Origin: Cycas panzhihuaensis
Taxonomy: Eukaryota > Plantae > Cycadophyta
Assembly (NCBI GenBank): GCA_023213395.1
Contig: CM041465.1
Coordinates: 172,987,741-173,051,740, forward strand
DNA: 64,000 nucleotides
Reading direction: 5' to 3'
Position numbers and translations under genes: made by a program. The notes beneath the pieces are model-generated. The model was given only the letters and a program-made list of their open reading frames with translations, was not told the DNA's origin and did no database searches. This document shows, one piece after another, positions 12,355-24,730 of this stretch; the stretch's first letter is position 1, and each line of letters opens with the position of its first letter.

Positions 12355-15300
12355 TGTTTGATGACAATGCAACCCCTATTTCAAAAAAGTAATTTTGACA
12401 ACCACTAGGGATAAATTGGAAGTGATCAATGAGAAAACCAATAGCAAAGCCTTAATCAATAAGCATTTTGGGGACATAGAAGGACAAGCCCTCCTTAATA
12501 GCACAGTTGACATGCACAAAATGACGATCAACAAAGTTAGATCATGTCTCAATTTATTAAGTGCTCATATACTTCTAATCAAATCAAAAGTACTTGGAAA
12601 GTTTAGAGAAGACATGGAGGCATTATAACAATTGTCAGTAGAAGTGAATGGCAACATTGAGACCTTTGGGGGAGGTCAGCCTTGGGAGGATAAATAGAGA
12701 TGAACTTTCTTGAAGTGGGCGAATTCAAAATTGGCATAAGAGAGAAGTGGTTAGCTTGAATGAGATTTTCTTGCAAATACAACTATATTTTTATTAGGGC
12801 ATAGCTATATAGTCCCTTTTAAGCTTGAATCTAAAAATTTTGATGTATTAAGAAAGAGTATTAATTATATCCACTCTCACCCATTTGTACATTTCACTAC
12901 ATTATGAAACAGACCACCATTTAACTAGGTATATTTGTTTGAAAAAAGATCGTCCATAGCTCAATGGTGATAATCAAACATCCCTCATTTTCCCCTTTGC
13001 TAGTTGTGATTGTCATACATTTCTTTCATTCCAATCTTTCGTCATCTATAACTCTCATTTCATTTGTATTTAATCAATGAGCATGGTGTTGTCCCTACCA
13101 CATGTATAGCTATTGTAAATAATTATTATTGCTATTTTCTTTTCTTGCATCTAAAATTTAAAAGTTCTCTTTCTTTCATAGATAAGATTGGGCCCTTCTC
13201 ATTTTTAGTTATCCTACTTTTCTTGTGGATTTCGCCTAAGAAAATTTTGCAAACTGGTTGTATTATTCTCTCAAAAACATCTTTCTAAAGGAACACAAAA
13301 AAATCAAGCTAACAGTACTATACAAAGATCAGCCTACAACCTGGATATTACCAAATCCCTATCAAACGAAAGGGTGTTGAAAAGATAGCCTTCAAAATGC
13401 ATCAAGGGTTATATGAGTTAAAAATCATGCCATTTAGGTTAGGCCCCTGGCAACATTCCAATCTAACATGAATCACATTTTTGCTTCCTGCCTCAAGTTA
13501 TCATGGTATTTTTTGATGATATACTAATGTACAACAAAACATGGTGGGAACGCTTATCCCACCTCTAAATGGTTGTATAAATCTAGAAAGAAAATTGCTT
13601 CATTGCCAAAAGGTCAAAATGTTACTTCAGAAAACAAGCATTGGAATACCTCCAGCGTATTATATTCGAGAGAAGAATCCAAATTGATCTCGCAAAAATT
13701 CAGGAGATACTAGACTAGCCCATTCCTAAAAATGTATCCAAACTACGCAAATTTCTTGGATTAATAGGGTATTGTAGAATGTTTGTTAAAGGATATGCCA
13801 CCGTTGCAGGCCCAGTAACAGACCTCACCAATAAGGAGAACTTTAAATGGAATGAAGAAGCAAACCAAAGCATTGAGAACCTAAAGGTAGTAATCAACAT
13901 AGCACTAATCTTAGCCATGCCAATTTTCTCACAAACCTTTGTAGTGGAATGTGATGCTTTAAGAACAGGAATCAGAGCAATCCTGCTCCAAAACAGTCAC
14001 CTTCTAACATATGAGAGAAGAAATTCAACCTCCATAAAAGAGCCAAAAGCACTTACAATGAGGAAATACTAGCAATCTTGAATGCTCTACCTAAATGGTG
14101 GCAATACTTACTAGGGACAAAATTCATAGTACGAACAAATCATCACAGCCTAAAGTATTTCCTCTAATAGCCCAACCTATCTAAAGAAAACAAAAGTGGG
14201 TTAGCAAGATATAAGATTATGATTTTGAAATATCTTGCAAAAAGGGGAAGGAAAACATAGTGGCAAACGCCTTGTCCCAAAAATACAAAGAACCAAGTTG
14301 CTCAGCAATAATGGTCCAACATCCCAACTGGCTAGACAAACTACACCAAGAATACATCATTAACCAAGCCACCTAGGGCAAAATAGATCAATGCATTGTG
14401 AAAACAATAGGACTAGAATGTAGTATGAAGGGAGATAGCCTACTTTAAAAGAGAAGAATCTACCTACCACACAACTCAGACCTTAAAGAGATCATAGTCA
14501 ACGAACACCACCAAGCCCCTCTCACTGGCCACTCAAGATTCTCCAAAACTTATAAGAGGATTAAAGCATCATTCTATTGGAAAGGAATGAAGACCGCAAT
14601 AAAGAAATCTGTCACTGAGTGCAATACTTGCCAAAGGCAAGAAGCAAAAAATATAAGAAGCCCAAGGCTGTTGCAACCTCTTAATAGACCTAACCAAAAA
14701 TGGAAGGAAATATCAATGGATTTGATAACAAGCCTTCCCAAATTTGAAGGAAAGGATACTCTATTCATGGTAGTGGATTATTTGACAAAGTATGTCAATT
14801 TTGTTCCCATTCAATCTTACTTCAAAGCACCACAAATCGCAAAGGTATTTATGAAGAATATTCATTGGCTGCATGGGTTTCCCAAGAAGATAGTTAGCAA
14901 TTGCAACCCAAAATTTGCGAGTCACTTCTAGGAGTTGTTCAAGATTGCAAATACAAAACTCACCATGAGCACAACATACCACCCCAAACTGATGGGTAAA
15001 CTAAAGTAGTAAATAAAGGTTTGGAAACTTACTTAAGGTGCTACAGAGGAGACAACCAATCGAAATGGGTAAGTTGAAGCCAACTTGTTGAATATTGGTA
15101 CAACAAACCACCACTCCATAATAAAGATGCCACCCTTCATGGCATTGTATGAGTAATAGCTACTAACATCAATCGACTACATCTAGAACACAATAAAGAC
15201 TACCACAACTGAGCAATTGATCCTATAATTTAACAAAATATTGAAATAACTCAAGTACAATTATGACACCACTATTAACAGAATAAAACAATAGGCCAAC

Positions 15301-15372
15301 CTAAAATGAACTAATAAGTAGTTTGAAGTTGGGGACTGGGTTTACATATGACTTCAACCATACAAGCAAGCA

Positions 15373-18300
15373 TGAAGCATCTTGTTACCACTTGAAGCAA
15401 TATGATCTTACAGATAGTAGCTCTTGCACAATAAATCGAACATGAGGCAAATAAAATAAAGGAGAATTGCTTCAAAAATCTAGCTGAAGTCTAATAACAA
15501 GGCAGCAATACATGTCTTCCAAAAGGCTAAAAAAAATACTAATAAGTAGGATGAGGATAAATGCTAGAATAACTCTTATTAGTGCTACCCTCTTTGAAGC
15601 GAGGTTTCCTCCAAAAGTGCAACATTAAAAGTGATAGAACAACAACCCCAAGGCTGAAATTATTGGAGTCCGAACTCGGTTCTGAGATGCCTAGAAATGG
15701 GGTCAAATAACCCTATATATAGGCAGTCAAATAAACATGAAGAAACTCGCCAACTTTAAGATGGAAGTTGGCCAGAAGGAATGCTAGAAGCCAGCCAAAA
15801 TGGGATTTACTCTTAATAGTACTAAGTCGGCCAAAGTATAGGCTTTGAAGTTAGCCAAATTGGGGGTCAGTTTGCTCACAACAAGTCCCTACCCTCAAAA
15901 CCCTACTTTGCCCTCAAAGCATGAGTAAATTTGGGTGTTGTTGCATCCATTCTTATGATTCCCATGTTGCGTCATCTAAATCTAAAGTTTTCCACTTAAT
16001 GAGGTATTCTTTGACCTTTCTAGACTGCAATTCTTTTGTTCATATCTGTAAAATCTCTTGTGGTTCAAAGATAATCTTCTCTTCTTCATCTAGCTCAAGG
16101 ACTATTGTCTGAGGGGTTACCTTTTCCCCTTCCTTCTTCTTAAGGCAAGATACATGAAAGACATTATGGATCTTGCTTCCTAGTGGTAATGCTAGCCGAT
16201 AGGCCACTTCCCCAATTTTCTAAAGTTCGAAGAATCGAAGTGCTAATTTCTGTCTGTTTGTTTGTTTCATTGATGATTGCTTGTAAGGTTGGAGTCTTAG
16301 AAAGACCCAGTCTCCTACTATGAAGCTCCTTTCAGATCTTTTGGTGTCGGCTTACCGCTTCATTTTGTTCCTCATTGTATTCAAGTTGTCTTTTAAAATC
16401 CTCATTGTTTGTTCCTATTGTTAGTGTACTGCTTGTACTTGTGATATTTTCATCCACGTGAGTATAGACGGTGGCTCATACCCATATAATGCCTCAAAAG
16501 GTGTCATTTTTGTTATCATGTGGTAAGTGGTGTTGTACCACCATTCAGCCAAACAGAGCCATCTATGCCATTGAGTTTGTTTGTCAGAAGAAAAGTTCCT
16601 TAAGTATCCTTTTAGGCATTTGTTGTTTGCCTTCGTTTGTCCATCTAATTGTGGATGGTAGGCTATACTTGTATTTAATTTTGTTCTTGCTAATTTGAAC
16701 AAATCTTGCCAAAAATGGCTTGTGAACTTTGGATCCCGATAATTAACTATAATTTTTGGAAGCCCATGCAGACGATGGATCTCCTTCATGTATATCTCTG
16801 CTTTGACTTGTTTTTGCTATTCATTGTGTGCCCCTAAAATGTGCGTATTTAGTTGAACCATCTACTACTACAAAAATGGCATCTTTCCCTTCAGATCGTG
16901 GGAGTCCTATGATAAAGTCCATTGGGATTTCTTCCCATTTTTTATGTGGAATGGGTAACAGTTGTAGCAGTCCTAGGCCTTTTACGCATTTGCTCTTGTT
17001 TCGTTGGTATGAATTGCATTCAGATACATACTTGAGGACATCCACTTTCATTCCCTTCTAATAAAAGAAATTTCATAGCTTCCAGTATGTTTTGTCTATT
17101 CCTATGTGTCCTATTGTTGGCACCGAGTGGCCTTCCTCTAATATGACTTTCTTTAATTTGGAAGCCATTGGGATAAATATCTTCCCTTTCCTCAGAATTA
17201 ATTCTCCTTGTAATTCGAACTTGGAAGACTTTTGGCTCTTAATCTCTTTTAATATCTTCTGTGAAAGTGGATCGATCTTATATTCCTCAACTAATTCTTA
17301 AGTCCAGCTAGGTGTGGCTACCAATATTGCTTTTACTGACACTTCTTCGTTGTTGTCCCCGGGTAGTCTTAAGAGAGCATCTACAATGGCATTCTCTTTA
17401 CCCTTCTTATATACTATATTGAAATCAAAGGCTTGGAGCTTGCTAACCCATTTATGTTGTTCATCCGACAATGTCTTTTGATTCAATAAATATTTGAGAC
17501 TGTCATGATCCATTTGAACGATAAACTTGTTCCCTAATAAGTACTAGCACCATTGGTGTATGACATGCATGATCGCCAACATTTCTTTGTCGTAAATAGG
17601 TTTGAGCTTCTCCCTGTTATTTAATTTCGTGCTTTCATAGGCAATTGGTTGTGCATTTTGAATTAGGACTGCCCCTATTCCGAATCCCAAAGCATCGCAT
17701 TCTAAAATGAACGGTTGCAAGAAATCTAGTGTTGCTAGAACTGGAGCTATGATCATTACCTTCTTAAGTTCTTCGAAAGCACTTTCTACTCGTGGATTCC
17801 ATACAAAAGCATCCTTTTTTGTAAGGTTCGTTAATGGAGATGCTATGTGGGCATATCCTTTTATGAATTTCCAAAGAAATCCTGCTGCTCCTAGGAAACT
17901 CCTTACTCCTATCACATTTTTTGGTACTAGCCAATTTATGATGATCTAAATCTTCTTCAGATCTATCTTTATTCCTTCCTTTGTGATAATGTGGCCTAAA
18001 TATTCTAGTTCTTCTTTCCCAAATGTGCATTTCTTCTTATTTGTGTAGAATTGATTAATTTGTAGGATTCATAGTACTACTTTGATATGGTCTAGATGCT
18101 CCTCCCATGTTTTACCATAGATTAAAATATTGTGAAAAAAAATTAGCATAATTTTTTGCAAAAATGGTTTGAGAATTGAATTCATAATGCTCTGAAAAGT
18201 CGTCAGGGCACTCATCAGCCCAAATGGCATGACTTTGAACTCAAATAGTCCCTCGTGTGTACAAAAAGTTGTTTTGTATATATCTTCCTCTTTGATGTGA

Positions 18301-21300
18301 ATCTAATAATAACCTGATTGTAGGTCGACTTTTGAAAAATATTGTGCTCCGTGTATTTCATCTAATAAATCGTCTATTTGTGGAATAGGATAACAATTCT
18401 TTATTGTTAATTTGTTCAACCCTCAGTAATCTACACATTCAATATGATCCATCCTTTTTGGGATTGACTATGACCGGTGATGCAAATGGGCTTGAATTAG
18501 TTGCAATATATCCTTAATAATTCCCTTGTGATTTTTTCAATTTCTCTCTTTAGATGATAAGGGTGTCTATAGGGACTGATATTTACTAGGGCTGCTCCAG
18601 GTACAATTTCAATGGAATGCTGACAATCTCATTGCAAGGGAAGCCCTTTGGGTTCTTCAAATATTGCTTTGTGCTCATCTATGATCTTTTGTACCTTGGC
18701 TAGTATGTCTTCTATCACTATCTTGTAACATGTTAGTATGTATGCAAACGCATTCTTTTTCAATATCTTTCCATGCGATGCGAGGATATCAGTTGCATCA
18801 AAGGTGTGGTCGATGCTTGTAATCTGTATTTGTGCCCTTTCTAACGAAAGTACGTGGATTGAGACATATAGTGGGTAACTATATTTTCCAAGGTCTGTAA
18901 CCACTGAATTCCTAAGAATGTGTTTACTCCTCCTATAGGCATTGTGAACATACATGTATTTACTGAATAGTCTCCAATTTGAAGATTCACCTTCTGACAG
19001 TAACCTCCACAAGGAGTAGTTTTCTCGTTTGCGATGGATACTTGAAATGTGTTCAAAGGTTGTATTTTTAGTCCTAGCTTCTTTGTCGTGGCCTTGTTAA
19101 TGAAGTTGTGATTGCTACTGCTATCCACAAGTACTGCAATTGGAGCTCCTTTGATCATCCCTTGGAATCTAAGGGTTTGAGGTGTAACGCTTTGTCCTGT
19201 TATGACTTGAAGCGAAATTTGGACATTCTCAGTATCGACTTCTAAAAGTTCATCTACTTGTGCTTCCTCTTCTTGGATCTGATTTACTTCTTCCTGTTCT
19301 TTGTTTGGTATTTCCACTTCATCATTGTTGATCATAAATACCTTCCTCACCAGCCATTGATGTTCTTCATTCCACTTCCCTTCACATTTGAAACAGGTCC
19401 CCTTTTTGAGATGTTTAACTTTGTTTATTTCATTCATGTCTTTTATTACTACTGGCGGGTCTACTTTTGTGCCTAATTTGGACCAATTTGGATTGGATCC
19501 CTACTACTGATACGATTCACCTATAGATGGGTCTATTCTCTCTAAATTTTGCTTCTACGTTCTTCGCACATCAGATTGCCTCATGAATATTTGAGGGATT
19601 CATATTCTTAATGAGAAATCTGATTGTTCCCTTTAATCCATTGATGTAAGTTTCCATGATGTATTTACTTCTTCCCGTTCTTTGTTTGGTATTTCCACTT
19701 CATCATTGTTGATCATAAATACCTTCTTCACCAGGCATTGATGTTCTTTATTCCACTTCCCTCCACATTTGAAATCGGTCCCCTTTTTGAGATGTTTAAC
19801 TTTGTTTATTTCATTCATGTCTTTTATTGCTACTGGCGGGTCTACTTTTGTGCCTAATTTGGACCAATTTGGATTGGATCCCTACTACTGATACGATTCA
19901 CATATAGATGGGTCTGTTCTCTCTAAATTTTGCTTCTACGTTCTTCGCACATTAGATTGCCTCATGAATATTTGAGGGATTCATATTCTTAATGAGAAAT
20001 CTGATTGTTCACTTTAATCCATTGATGTAAGTTTCCATGATGTATTTAGCTGGTATTCATTCTGGTATTAAACATTGAAGCATCTGGAATTGCTCGGTGT
20101 ATTCTTAAAGTGTTCCATTTTGTTGTAATCTTGTTAACTGAGCGAAGTAGTCGGTGTTTCAAGAATCTTCGTATTGTTTTATTAGTCCTACCTTTAGATA
20201 GTCCCATGACTCTAGGTGGCCCTGATTGTTCTTTCGTCACCAATAAAACCATTCTAACGCCCTTCCATACAAGTGTAGAGATGCTGTCAATGTTTTTTCC
20301 TTATCTAATAGTTCATATACTTGGAAGTATGTTTCCATTTGTAATAACCAACTGCGAATGTTCCTCGATCTTTCTAGATCAAATTTTTCTCATGTAAATT
20401 TGGTTCCTCTAAGACCATGATCTGATTAGGAACTCTTCTGATTCTGTTGTTCATAGGTAAAACCCTTGAATCTCCTTTGTTGTTCATTCCCTTGGTTATC
20501 TTGACATGAGAATTCTTTGTTGATTTCTTCCATGTCCTGGTGTTTCTCTACTGATGACTCTCCCTCCTGTAGGTCCAATCTCCTGTTTAAAGTTTCGAAC
20601 GAAGCCTAGAGGCTTTTCATGGAAATGATAAGCTTGGACGACAAATGGGATAATACTTCTTCGATCCTGCTTCCTTCTTCTTCTATTATTGTTGATTGGT
20701 GGTTCACCATCTTGTTGGAGATGAGACTTTTTCTAGATTTTAGTTCCATCCCTTCGGGGGAGGGGGGGAATTGGGCCGAATTTTTACATATTATCTTCAA
20801 ATTCCTACTTCGAAATGAAACTCTGATACCACTTGAAGCAATCTGATATTACAAACAATAGCTCTTACATAATAAATCGAAGATGAGACAAGCAAAATAA
20901 AGGAGAATTGCTTCAAAAGTATAGTTGAAGTCTAATAACAAGGCAGCAATGCTTATCTTCCGAAAGGCTAAAAAAACTATTGATAAGAAGGATGAGGATA
21001 AATGCTGGAATAACTCTTATTAGTGCTACCCTCTTCGAGGTGATGTTTCCTCCAAAAGTGCAGCCTTAAAGGTGATAGAACAACAACCCTAATGCTGAGA
21101 TTATTATAGTCCAAACTCGGTTCTGAGATGCCTAGGAATGGGCTCAAATAACCCTATATATAGGTGGTCAAATAGACATGAAAAAACTCACCAACTTTAA
21201 GATGGAAGTCGGCCAAAAGGAATGCTAGATGCTGGCCAAAATGGTAGTTACTCTTAACAGTACTAAACCGGTCAAAGTATAGGCTTTGAAGTCAACCAAA

Positions 21301-21324
21301 CTGGGGGTCAATTTGCTCACAACA
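15373..21324 (-). mobile_element. Full-length degenerate gypsy chromovirus E (Reina/CRM-like by size and domain order)
   Basis: LTRs at 15393-15883 and 20834-21324 (roughly 88% alike by eye). Perfect TSD AAGCA at 15368-15372 and 21325-21329. PBS TGGTATCAGAG on minus at 20821-20831; PPT beside 15884. Domains: gag knuckle CFKC..W..EHQC, protease VLVDSSSNHNFI, RT, RNase H, integrase, chromodomain EYLIKWK..DATWE. Confidence 0.95.
19282..20048. repeat. 381-bp tandem duplication inside gag of E
   Basis: Copies start at 19282 and 19663. ATTTA microhomology occurs at 19282, 19663 and 20044. ORFs 18841-19437 and 19633-19818 share the same N-terminal peptide. Confidence 0.95.
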
Positions 21325-23002
21325 AAGCATCTCTCAAACAAGCAAGAAAATACAAACTAGCATTGTGATTCTTTGGATCTTACTAGATACGGTTGAAAGT
21401 AGGAGAGGTAGCATACGCCCTTACTTTCCCCAAGGGTAGCAAAATTCATGACATCTTCCATGTTTCCAACCTCAAGAGAAAGGTGGGATTTCACGAAGAC
21501 CCAATAATTGAATTACTAGTTACTGACGAAGAAGGGAAACTAATGATCGAGTCAGGAGGAGTCTAGGACATCTGCCAAAAGAAACTTCATTCCAGAGAAG
21601 CCATTGAATACCTCATTAAATGGAAGAGCCTCTTAGACCTGGAAAGAATGTGAAAAACATAACCATTCACTTGAGAACATCCTTCAAAATTGACGTTTTT
21701 GTTGAATGTGGTATAAGCTCTAATACCACAATGACAACCTAGGATGATTTGAGGAACAAATGTTTTAAGAGATTTGATGATTAGCACCAAATGAACTAGC
21801 AACTAAGCAAGCAATCACTCAAGCATATGAAAGACACTAGCAATGTAGGAGTAGGGGGAATTGGGCTGAATTTCTTGATTTTAATTCCATCCCTTGGGGG
21901 GGGGGGGGCGGTAGAATTGGGCTGAATTTTTACATATTATCTTCAAATTCCTGCTTCGAAATGAAACTCTGATACCACTTGAAGCAATCTAATATTACAA
22001 ACAGTAGCTCTTACGCAATAAATCGAAGATGAGACAAGCAAAATAAAGGAGAATTGCTTCAAAAGTATAGTTGAAGTCTAATAACAAGGCAGCAATACTT
22101 ATCTTCCGAAAGGCTAAAAAAATATTGATAAGAAGGATGAGGATAAATGCTAAGAATAACTCTTATTAGTGCTACCCTCTTCGAGGTGATGTTTCCTCCA
22201 AAAGTGCAGTCTTCAAGGTGATAGAACAACAACCCTAATGCTAAGATTATTATAGTCCAAACTCGGTTTTGAGATGCCTAGGAATGGGGTCAAATAACCC
22301 TATATATAGACGGTCAAATAGACATGAAAAAACTCGCCAACTTTAAGATGGAAGTCGGGCAAAAGGAATGCTAGAAGATGGCCAAAATGGGAGTTACTCT
22401 TAGCAGTACTAAACCGGCCAGAGTATAGGCTTTGAAGTTGACCAAACTAGGGGTCAATCTGCTCACAACAAAGCATCTCTCAAACAAGCAAGAAAATACA
22501 AACTAGCATTGTGATTCTTTGGATCTTACTAGATACGGTTGAAAGTAGGAGAGGTAGCATACGCCCTTACCTTCCCCAAGGGTAGCAAAATTCATGACAT
22601 CTTCCATGTTTCCAGCCTCAAGAGAAAGGTGGGATTTCATAAAGTCCCAATAATTGAATTACTAGTTACCGACGAAGAAGGGAAACTAATAATCGAGTTA
22701 GGAGGAGTCTAGGACATCTGCCAAAAGAAACTTCATTCTAGAGAAGCCACTGAATACCGCATTAAATGGAAGAGCCTCTTAGACCTGGAAAGAATGTGAA
22801 AAACATAACCATTCACTTGAGAACATCCTTCAAAATTGACGTTTCTGTTGAATGTGGTATAAGCTCTAATACCACAATGACAACCTAGGATGATTTGAGG
22901 AACAAATGTTTTAAGAGATTTGATGATTAGCACCAAATGAACTAGCAACTAAGCGAACAATCACTCAAGCATATGAAAGACACTAGCAATGTAGGAGTAG
23001 GG
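20730..23002. repeat. ~1.14-kb tandem duplication (E leader + PBS + 5' LTR + TSD + D tail + start of F)
   Basis: Copy 1 spans ~20730-21856 and copy 2 ~21871-23002. Near-identical ORFs at 21587 and 22733 are offset by 1146. Confidence 0.95.
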
Positions 23003-23358
23003 ATTGTTCCTAATTCCAAAATAACAAGATTGGCTTGTATTCAAATGAGTAGCATAATAATACATCACCTCTCACATCTTGCTCGACATGAGAAAATGGT
23101 GTCAATATATAGAGGAGGACGAGGAAGCTTAGGGGGTTACATATTTGAATAGTGTCACACATGCACGCCATGTCCCATGTGCACTCACATGTGCAAAAGT
23201 GCATGAGGGTTACATTGACCCTCAAGTTACAACATTGTACTCACTAGAAAGAATGTGGGTGTGTACTTTATCACATTGAGTGGTAAGTACATCACATAAA
23301 GTACATAACTAAACAATATAAAGTACGTGACTTAACATTTAAACGTAAAAGTCTAACA
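22846..23358 (-). mobile_element. Solo LTR F of the G/K/O copia LTR family, inserted just before the PPT of D
   Basis: TGTTG...TAACA termini. Degenerate TSD: GTTTC (GTTTT in the duplicated copy) versus GCTTT. It shares the GCAAAAGTGCATGAGGGT..CACTAGAAAGAATGTGGGTGTG core with the LTRs at 42026, 48496, 54821 and 61727. Confidence 0.85.
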
Positions 23359-23949
23359 GCTTTGTGGGCAAAGTGCTTTTCTGAGGGTTGGGACTTCTTG
23401 TGAGCCACATCCCAACAAAGGCAATACAAGTGACCCAATTTTGGCTAACTTACCAAGCCCAAAATTAGCACAATTAGTGAACAGTTCTGGTTGACCTACA
23501 TAGACCAGTTTTGGCACCATTTGAGTGTGTCCGGGTGACTTCACATTACTCTAGTAGCCACCCACTATATATAGAGGTTTGGTCTAGTTTATTATCATCA
23601 TTGCAGGTTTTGGACTTTGGATTGAGCTCGCCCTTTTTGGCTTACTCTGGATTTTATTTGGCTTCCATAAGCTCTATTTCATTTAATTACTTTATTGTAA
23701 TTAGTGCAGTGTAGCTTTCAAAAAAAGATCTTATCTGAATTGCTTGCAAGGGTGAATTGTTTGTTTCAGAGTAATAATAGCAAACCCCAGCCCTAGGGTT
23801 TTCTACAACCCACCCATGAGCCCTTGGAGTTAGTTGGACCACCACCAAACTATCAAACTTCAACAAACCCCAAACCCATTACCTCCACTAACAGTAAATA
23901 CCACCCAATCTCGATCATACGTCCTTTTTGACTAAATCAACATTGGAGT

Positions 23950-24730
23950 AATAGTGGAGAGAGAAAGCTGTGCTTATCACCTTTTTACCTCTAGCTATTT
24001 TAGAGGATAGCATACTTCAGCCTTGAATATTAACAATTTAACATGCTCTAGGAGATTCATATTCTGGGACAAGGGGGTCATAACATTTGGCTCTATGCTC
24101 TTCACATGACTTGGCTCAGGCATAGCCCAATAGTAGACCTGCATGTTGCTACACTAAGGTATATGCTTTGTTACAAACTGTGAAAATTTTTATTGCTAAA
24201 CCCTCTTACACCTTTTCCTTTGGATAACCCGAATACCAATCTATCCAAGAAAAAAATTAACAATGCTATTAGTTAAGAACTCTACTGAGCATTTCTTTAA
24301 GTCACTTGAATATCTCCTCCTAAGGTGCTCAATCCTAAGCTATTCCTCTACTCACAGTACTTTGTTAAAATTGTGGATGGCGCCATTGTCCCACCTGGCT
24401 ACATTTGTCTTCATATCTCTCATGGCTTACAATTTCCCACTCCGTAGGTTAGGGTTTGTTCCCATCAACTCAGTGTAGAAACCAAACACTATGTGCCTAC
24501 AGACAAGCATATTTGCAGAGTGTGTTCATTTGAGCTTGAGACTCAAGCATATTTTATTTTCCAATGCCCAGTGTATTATGAGATTTGAGGACGACATCAC
24601 TGTCTATTCAGGGATTCCAGGGGTTCTTTATCAGCCTTCATCTCTTATACAGACCGAAGGTATGTGGCTCTTTTTCTTCAACAACACATGAAATCCCACA
24701 ACTTTTGATTACATCCTTCTTCAGCCCTCA
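23950..24730 (+). mobile_element. 3' fragment of a non-LTR retrotransposon (ORF2 C-terminal Cys/His domain, RTE-X/L2-like)
   Basis: Frame reads VRVCSHQLSVETKHYVPTDKHICRVCSFELETQAYFIFQCPVYYEI*GRHHCLFRD. This matches the SH.L.IETGR...RIC..C...E.E.HF...CP.Y..IR C-terminal motif of this LINE group. Boundaries are approximate. Confidence 0.7.

Larger units (their letters stand above)
13300..23942 (+). mobile_element. Ty3/gypsy chromovirus D (RT-RNase H-integrase-chromodomain), 5'-truncated, split by E and by solo LTR F; probable 3' LTR 23396-23942
   Basis: Peptides GYYQIPI..IMPFRL, FVVECDALRTGI and ISMDLITSLP. The integrase tail PYKQA|SLKQ is rejoined across E, and EYLIKWK follows. PPT GAGGGTTGGGACT at 23383-23395 is followed by T(C)TTG...CAACA. 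Confidence 0.85.

Noticed and set aside
12395-13288. ORFs 12395-12628 and 13064-13288 as host genes
   Set aside because: No recognisable domain or splice structure; they lie between TE remnants and are probably decayed repeat.
21966-22470. Independent solo LTR or three-LTR tandem element
   Set aside because: It is part of the 1.14-kb tandem duplication, which includes the TSD and host flank.
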